DNA of 64,000 bases from Eledone cirrhosa (lineage: Eukaryota): contig OZ024743.1 of NCBI GenBank assembly GCA_964016885.1, positions 106,392,001-106,456,000 of the forward strand, given 5' to 3'. A program made the translations under genes and the position numbers. A model generated the notes under the pieces. The model was not told the origin of the DNA. It saw only the letters and a list, made by a program, of their open reading frames with translations, and made no database searches. This document shows positions 55,401 through 64,000 of this stretch, piece after piece. The first letter of the stretch is position 1. The number at the start of each line of letters is the position of its first letter.

Positions 55401-55940
55401 GAAGACCAAAGCTAAACAGAAAAAATGAATGGAATAACAACATCCAAACAAACAATACTGATTTAAGCGAAATATAAATAAATAAATACATACACAAGCA
55501 CAATAACAGCAAACACACATAAACCACACTATTAAACTAAGATATAATACAATAACCGAAACGCAGTCACCCAAACGTGAACATACACCAAACACTATAC
55601 ACACACGCAAACGCATGCGCAGAGAAGAAGACAAAAATAAATAAATAAACAGATAAAATAAAAATGGCGTAGACATACAATACAACAGGAGGAACATAAT
55701 AGTACAACTGATGATTTTGCAGATGTGCAACGAAAGAAATTTTTTAGACTATATATATGTGTTTATATCTATATTATATCTGTATTTTTTACTGTTGGTT
55801 AATCAATGATAAACATTGAGGACCAAATGAATTAACTGTGGAGATATAAACTACACAGTACCGAAAATCAACCAAACAGTGAGTGTGTTCTGGCAATATT
55901 ATTACAACAATATGTTCCTCCCCTATATATATATATATAT

Positions 55941-57358
55941 AGGAACCAGTAAGACCCCGACAGCTGAGCTCAAGCCGTTTCGACGGCTAATTCTGGACTA
56001 AAAGATTGCGTAGGACTTACCTCGCCCTCAAACCCCATAATGACCCGGGGGGGGGGGGGGGGTAGACTAGGGCTATAACACCCCACTTGCCGATTTTGCA
56101 ATGGGTAACCCCTGCTTGCCAAGGAAGACGTAAGATCTTCTTTGTATTCTTTTATCGCTTCCTTTATTTCCTTCCCCCCTCTCTCCTTAGTCCTTCTACC
56201 CCAGCTCTTCTCCTTTGTCGGCGTCTTTTCTCGCCCACTCGAGGCTGCCCTTTGGCCCCATGTAGCCTTAGTACCCCCACCACCCCATCCCCTAGTCTAT
56301 GATAGATTTGGCGGACTCCGCCCTTTATAGCAGTTGGCTTAGACCCCGGATACTTGCCCCCTTTTTCCGACTGCTCCCACTATTCTCTGTGCCTTCTATA
56401 TTTCTTAGTGGCACTTATGCCTTATTTTTTCGTTTCAGTATTTCTTGCTTCGCTTTTCTTCTGGGCGGGGTGGATTCTGAATTTATTTCTCCGTATTCTA
56501 CCTTTATTTCGTACGAACTTTCATGTAGCTTGTTTTAGATCTTTTAGAGTTAGCATTAGTATATATTTTTCTCGGGACTCAGAATTATTATCTCGTACAA
56601 GTTCACTTTGCTGCACTGGGTCGTTGCTGGCCCGGGATGGAAACCTTTATTGTTTATTTCGTGGTAGTCTCTTTAGTATTTTGGCCCCTTTTGTTGACCC
56701 GTCACCGTATCATTTACGTACTTATACCTCTTAAAAGGGTCCTTGCCTATCTCGTCCCACCTAGTTCTTTTACTTATTTCGTTATTTCCTTATTTATTTA
56801 TTTCTTTACTTCTTTCTTTCTTTCTTTATTTTATTCTGCCTAACAATAGCCTGAGACCTAGGTCGTAGTATTTAATTTACTTTACTTTTTTCTTTACACT
56901 TATTTGCTTTTCTTCACTCTCAGTATTTTTTTTCTTTCCTATTTCTACCCCCCATTGTTCTACCTACCGTTCCGACTTCCTCCCCCTCCCCCTCCCCTGT
57001 ATCTTCTTTGACCTCATGCCCAGCTGTAGCTGGCACTACCAACGCTTGATTGGGTCTACTCCACCCCTCCCCTCTTTCTCCTACTGGCAGGTTTAGCCAC
57101 CATCTCCCCTACTAATTTGCAACCACAGAATTACTACTGATTTTTGACAATCACTTTGACCATATATGGAATTACCCCTTGAGAAGATCGGCTATTTAAA
57201 TACCAGGATAAATTTTCATTTAGTCCAGAATTAGCCGTCGAAACGGCTTGAGCTCAGCTGTCGGGGTCTTACTGGTTCCTATTACCCACTCTACTACCTC
57301 AAGTATTGAGTACTTTGGTGCGTTATGGTCCACCTGGTTCCTTACCACATTTCCTTCG

Positions 57359-57360
<2 letters not shown>
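55941..57360 (+). mobile_element. Longer 'GGAAC'-family insertion with ~62 bp inverted termini and 80 nt extension
   Basis: 55941-56002 is inverted relative to 57218-57280. Non-coding pyrimidine-rich interior. (TA)n flanks. Confidence 0.75.
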
Positions 57361-57404
<44 letters not shown>

Positions 57405-59425
57405 GCATTTATGTATAATGCTCCTTGTACTTTTGAGCGCTTTGTGATATCATGGAGAATAGGGCCGCTGGCACCATCATGCATCTATTACCACCATGGG
57501 ACTAACAGTAGACCCCATTCTGATATTAGCCGCAGTAAATAAGCCTACTTCACTAATCGGACCACACTTTCCTATGCACCCCTCTCTGGAACATTTAAAC
57601 TCAGTCGGACTTCACAAATTCTTTGAACAATCCAAATGTTCTACTGTACCCTGATTCTATTGACTGAATTTTATGTTTCATAGTTTTTAGATATTTACAT
57701 AAATAATTAATTCTCGAATCTACACTACATATCACCTGATACCACCTCCATTATTCTATCTGCTATATTTGTTAACCATGTATTTTTAACCGCATTATCT
57801 ATTGCTTATTTTTTATTTGTTACTCTTTGATTAGTAATTATTTTTTATTTCTTTGATATTTTCTTATTTACTTCCATTCTTACTCCCATGATTACTACTC
57901 TGTGTATGATTACATTTTATATTCTTTATATACTTATCCTTGGTTTTTACTCAAATGTTACCCAAACGTATTTCACTACACTGGACCCTTATCTTCTATA
58001 CTGTCTTTTTTCTTATGTCTATTTTTATTTTTTTTTAATTATTCCCTCCACCCATATAGTTCCCATACTATAATAAATACATAGAGATATAAGTACGTTG
58101 TAGTATCAAGGTATATATCTATATCTCACCTATAGTTTGGGGTGGGATTATATCTCATCTGAATTCAAAACTGAACAACACATGGAACCCAGGTTAGTTT
58201 GATATTGAGTATAGTTTATTTGCCTATTTCATTACATTTTACTATATTTAAGCTTCCCACGATCATCACTGATATGAATAACTAATAATCATTTGGTATA
58301 CGTTGAATAATCGACTGGCTGTAACGGCTTTCTTACTTGCACTTGCAGCGCCTGGGTCTGCCCACCTTCCTGGAGTGCTTGGAAAAATAAATTACCCTTT
58401 CTTTCTGAAGACAAAAATACTCGGAACGGTTGGTAGACCCTTGTGCCTTGGGTAAACCGGGAAATCATTACGTCACTGGTTATTGATTGCCGAATTGCCC
58501 TCTTTTATATGGAGTTCAGAATTCTTTTACACCTCTAGGAATATAATATATATCAATGCAAAGAGCCCAAAGCTAGATAATGATCTAATCTAGTTTAATA
58601 TAGTTTTATTTCGTTTTTTACGTCTCATCTTTGCACTACTCTACCTTTAGAATCATTAACATAACTAATATTTGTAATTAATAACTGTCTGGCATATGTT
58701 GCTGTATTGACTCTTCTTGTCACGTGGGGCATGAGCCTGTGGACGTATCCTGGAGTACTTGGAAATAATAGAAATTTGCCTATTTCCGATATGATATTTT
58801 ACTCAGAAGTGTTCACGGTATTATGAACCCGTGGTGAGTGTGAAGCCATTATTTCAGTAGCTAACGAAAGACAAGTCACACTCATTTCTCTACATCACAA
58901 ACACACAGTGATAGAACGCGACCTTTATTATGACTATCAAAGATATATTTAATTTTTACATAAATTCTACCTTCTAATTCTTTAATTACATCTTTCAATT
59001 TTAAACTTAAATTTTACATTTTTAATCGTTAACCTTAACTTTAAATTCTACCTAAACACTTTTTAGGTTCTAGTTCTGAATTTACTCCCGTCCACTATAC
59101 TTTTATAGAAATTTAGGCTGACTCAACTGAAAATATTTCTTAGTAACCTGATCTCCTTTACCACTAGCATGTGGGTGGCAGCGTGCGTGTTAGTAGTAGA
59201 CGTACTACATATACAACCCGCTAACCCAACCAGTAGGGTAGGAGTAGTATGCATACTCAGTATACAACCCCCTAACCAGACTGGCAAGACGAAATTTATG
59301 AGAATCCCCACTCGAAGTTGGTCAGGCAAACTGACAACATCTGGCCCTGACCGCCTTCGAGTCAAAACATTTTTCTCTGTTTTGGATTGTTTTTACCATT
59401 ATTCTTTTATTGTATAAATGCTATA

Positions 59426-59488
59426 AACACCTGATGATGTCAGCAGGATCTTACGGAGCTTAGTCACTGAAATGTACATAATGCTTCC
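59426..59488 (+). ncRNA. Hammerhead-like motif in a probable PLE 3' end
   Basis: CTGATGA...GAAA-TGTACA-TA. Stems I and II are partly decayed. Confidence 0.55.
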
Positions 59489-59683
59489 TATTTGAAGATA
59501 TTTCACAAGTCCGGCCTCCTGTCATTTTACTCAATAATAATTAACTCCGCTCTCGCACTACCAACAAAATTCAACATCGAAGATGGATGGGTTGCATATC
59601 GTCGAGTGCTTTTTCTAATATTACATCACGGTTAACTATACGGAATTACCAGTTCGATCAAATGATGAACCACCAAACCTAAA

Positions 59684-59728
<45 letters not shown>

Positions 59729-59731
<3 letters not shown>

Positions 59732-59894
59732 AACAAGTATGACCCAGGCAGAGCTCAAGCCGTTTCGACGGCTATTTCTGGACTAAATAAGAATTGTTAG
59801 CCTACTTTTTCCTATTACACACTCTACTACCCTAAGTATTGAGTACTTTGGTGCGTTATGGTCCATCTGGTTCCTTACCACAATTCCTTCGTCG

Positions 59895-59897
<3 letters not shown>
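59729..59897. mobile_element. 'GGAAC'-family fold-back remnant
   Basis: Same left end and extension as 12210-12400. Confidence 0.75.
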
Positions 59898-59951
<54 letters not shown>

Positions 59952-60735
59952 TTTAGGTTTGGTGGTTATATATATATATATATATCGTTTCTGAATTTGT
60001 TTAGCAACATGACCCTCCCAAAGTATAACAATATATATATATAGATATATATATATAAATATATACATATATATATATCCGTGTGCAAGTGTATTTGTAT
60101 ATCAATGCTCTGTGAAAATGAGCGGGAAAGGGGTATTGAAAGCTGATTGCTGGAGTACATTCACAAGTGACATATAATATACACGATACAGTTATTTAAG
60201 AAAGATAAATAACAATGAAACGAGAATATATATGCTGCATTTCTCGGCAGATCACTGTCTCCTCAAAGATACATTTCGCAAGAAGTCCCATATTTTAACT
60301 TTGTAATCACATCTATTGCAATGACAAGAACAACAGCAATAATACTAGTGAAATTATTAATAATTTGAAAAATATAAGAAAATAATATAATGAAGGGGAA
60401 CAAGAACATAGACGTAAATATACATTAGTATTCTTGATAATAGAAATATGATTATTAAGATGAATAAGGCACCTTCTCAAGCTGCAGGCAAGTGGGTTGT
60501 GCGATGCGCGTAATATGATCATGTATATATTTTTGTTATTATGTTGTATAGTTATGTATTCGTAACGTAACTAAAGTCATTTATATCATAAGGCAAATTC
60601 CATTGAGGATCCTTCATTTGTTCACTACAAACCAGCAGATGCTTTCTTTAAATATATTTCTTCGATATTACTTGTTTTATTACATTTTTTATTCATTTAC
60701 ATCAGATACATATCTCGGTATAAATATGTATATAT

Positions 60736-60871
<136 letters not shown>

Positions 60872-61055
60872 ATATACATATATTTATATCTGTATATGCA
60901 TATGCATATGTATATATGCATACATGCATGTTCGCATGTATGTATATATGTGTGTGTGTGTGTGTGAGCATATGTATTCATACTTTCATGTATGTATATA
61001 TGCATACAAATGTACATGTATATATATATGTATGTATAGATGTATATATGCATAC

Positions 61056-61100
<45 letters not shown>

Positions 61101-62531
61101 ATTTTTTAATACATATGGAAGCATGAAAGAATTATCTGTAATCTTCCGATATTTATCGCCATAATTTTAAAAGCTCAAATTGAGAATTGAACATTAGTAG
61201 GCACCTGAATGTCGATCACTTGAGATTCTAGCTGTTTCGTCGAGTAGAATGTGGCTCCAAAGGTAATCTAAAATTGTTACTCGCCTTTGAATGAAATCGC
61301 ATTATAGTGTTCATCGACTTGATGACGACAATATGGCGTTCCTTTAAAACAGTAATGAGATGCTAAAAGCGATAGGCATGCTGACGAATTGGTTATGAAA
61401 AAATAAATAACTACACACACAATGAAATAATAAAAAAAATATATAAATAATCATATAATGGATATCAAATAGAGAAACTCATAGTAAACGAGAAACAGAG
61501 GGAGTGAGGAAAGAAGACCAAGGAAAAGAACTGAATGTTGTTCTTGAAACCTTTAATTTCAGAAAGTAAAAAAAAAATGTAATAATAAAATAAACAAAAT
61601 AATAAAAAAGACGAAACTCCAAAGGAAAGTTTCCTATTTACTTAATTAAATTAAATGGTCTGATAAAAGTTCAAGATAACTTCGATCAAATCAAAACACA
61701 AAGATTGGGAGAATAGTGTATAGAATGAAAGAAGAATATGGAGAAATGTGGATGAGTGTAGAGAGTGGATGAGAGAAATGAAGGCGAAATGATATGAAGA
61801 GAGGGGTACGACCGTACAGAGATACATATAGAAATAAATTTAGGGAGATCCTTTTGCGTATTATATTCTCTTATTCTAAATAATATATTTAAAAAAATGT
61901 ATCCTTCTATTGTCTTTAAATTTCAGTGCATATTTTAGTTTTAATTTTGTAGTTCATTCATATTCTTTTAACCGCTTCTATTTCTCAATTTCACAGTAAA
62001 TAATTAGAGTGAACTCTATAAGAAGAATTTTTGCATTGCGCCATTAAGAGATATTAGTTATTAATATATTTTTAAAATTTTGTTTCATATTTTTTCTTTC
62101 TTATTTTCTGATTAACACATTTTAAAAATATTTTAACGTGAAATTTCTAAATGCTAAAGTAGAAAAAAAAGTGTATGCGTAATATAATTGTATAGTGTTA
62201 TGTCAAATATAGGTTGCATAGAACAATGCAACAAATGTTTGAAAAATATATACATCAACACATGATCCTAAGTTTGCATGCTTTAGCAATAATTATATAA
62301 ATATGTATGCAGTAGCATTATTAAACTAGCTAAAAAAGTAAAACCTACGGCAAACGTGTACAATTATATCTCATCTTCATCGGCCAAGCACTGGGGTACG
62401 ACAATTTCGTAAGCAAGGATAGCATTGCTTGATAGAACGCTCAAGCAGTGATTTCGCACAAGCTGCCGAAGTGAAAAATGCATATGAAGCATTTCATGAA
62501 CATCGAGAGAGGCGAGGCGATTACATATATA

Positions 62532-62662
62532 AATAATTGTTTCTACTTTTGGCACAAGGCCAGCAATCACCCAGTACATACTGGTACTTTATTTTATCGA
62601 CCCCGTAAGGATGAAAGGCAAAGTTAACAACCTCGACGGGATTTGAAGTCAGACCGGAATGG
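62532..62662 (-). mobile_element. 5'-truncated SINE copy
   Basis: Same core and 3' end. Confidence 0.85.
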
Positions 62663-63557
62663 GATCTATATAAATGATAATAAAAAATTGAATACGTCTT
62701 GAATAAAACGAGATTTACCTGTTAAGATATACATGTTGTAGCGGCGAAAGGACTGAAATAACTTTTATATATGAATGTTTATGTGTGTGTGGGTTCATGC
62801 ATTTATCTGTCTATGTGTGTATGGATATCTAGAAAATTTCATGTTTTCCATTCTAAATTATTTTTATATGAAGCTGACATATGCTGCTCAGAGAATATCG
62901 TATTTTAGTAAATCTTCAATCACAACTATTTATATGAATTGTTTCTCTTTTTTATTCCGTCTTTCCACTGAACCATGTTCTTCACTCTCATAATCGTTAC
63001 CCATTATATTTAAAATATTAAAGGTAGATTACACATTCAAGCATTAAGAACGCAAAAAATCCAACATTACTATACACATCATAGAAAAATATCGACAAAT
63101 TGGAAAGAGATAAATATTGTCTGATTTAATATTTCACAAGGCATTTAAAGCGTGTTTCCTCTAATAGATATCGGATCAAATAATTTGAAGTATTATCTTT
63201 CCAATGCTGTTTTATTTCTTTTTAAAATATGTATATATTTGAACATTTACTTCAAAATGTTCAACCTTTTAAATGTAAGTGATTTCCATTTTTCTCACTT
63301 TCTGCATTATATCCCCACTTATAGCAATGAATGTGAGGGAAACACACTCTGAATGTTATATATATATGAATGGATATATATAAAATTCTAATTATATATA
63401 TATATATATATATATAACTGTGCAAATGAAAGCGAGAAATTATGTATACACATCTCTTCCTCTCCCTCTTTCCCCCTCTCTCTCTATCTCTCTATGTATA
63501 TATATATATATAAATATATATATGTGTGTGTGTATGTATGTATGTATGTATATATAC

Positions 63558-63621
<64 letters not shown>

Positions 63622-63656
63622 GCGTATATATATACAAATATATATATATATATATG

Positions 63657-64000
63657 CAAAAGTTCTATTTAAAATTGTTGGGATACAACAAGTAAATATT
63701 TTTATAACTTATATAAAGCACTCGACACATTTTTGGAGTAGATATACGATATTAATAAATGGAAACTATATTTATAAAACCATATTTATTTCATTATACA
63801 TATTTCAGGGATACCACATTAAATTATGGTATGCCTTCATCAGACATAATACAATATATAACAGTTTTACAAATAGGTTTGACGTACCCTTTAAAATACA
63901 ACCATTACTTTTGGAGGCTGTCTGGATAGTGATTTGTTCATATAATAAGTCATAGTGTTAAGCACAATTAGAAAAAGACGGAGAGAAAGAAAGAGAAAAG
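63657..64000 (-). mobile_element. PLE terminus of the 21682/31361 family, running off the window
   Basis: Homologous extension and hammerhead. Confidence 0.8.

Larger units (their letters stand above)
47150..55923. mobile_element. Decayed PLE, third family: minus-strand body 47150-53353 with direct pseudo-LTRs, plus inverted 3' half 53358-55923
   Basis: Direct repeats 47158-47335 and 53177-53353. RT motifs TDKSG, YGLRKDHK, RPVCG, SMDVLSLYPS, YSRYVDD, LPVLD, FVDATPG, then a Cys cluster and YIGETAR. The two halves are inverted, diverged copies with different deletions. Confidence 0.88.

Overview
AT-rich eukaryotic repeat-dominated DNA with very dense (TA)n/(CA)n/(GA)n microsatellites and no recognisable host gene. 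The SINE family and microsatellite load suggest an octopus or other coleoid cephalopod (inference). The window is dominated by Penelope-like retroelements (PLEs) of several families. The main one is a young, nearly intact PLE (39601-46622, minus strand) with a partial-tandem pseudo-LTR plus an inverted pseudo-LTR. It has two overlapping ORFs: a coiled-coil/basic ORF1 and an RT + Cys-linker + GIY-YIG ORF2 in the -1 frame. A U_UUU_UUA slippery heptamer sits in the overlap, so it may use gag-pol-like -1 ribosomal frameshifting. More than a dozen short fold-back insertions from about 8 unrelated PLE-terminus families sit in or beside (TA)n. They share one architecture: two inverted arms, one carrying a family-specific 30-90 nt extension, usually with minimal hammerhead ribozyme motifs near the fold. 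The window also holds two decayed PLEs, a deleted L1/Tx1-like LINE inserted in (ATT)n inside a PLE, an RTE-like 3' fragment, Tc1/mariner remnants and about 8 copies of a tRNA-type SINE. All coordinates were read by eye and may be off by a few bases.
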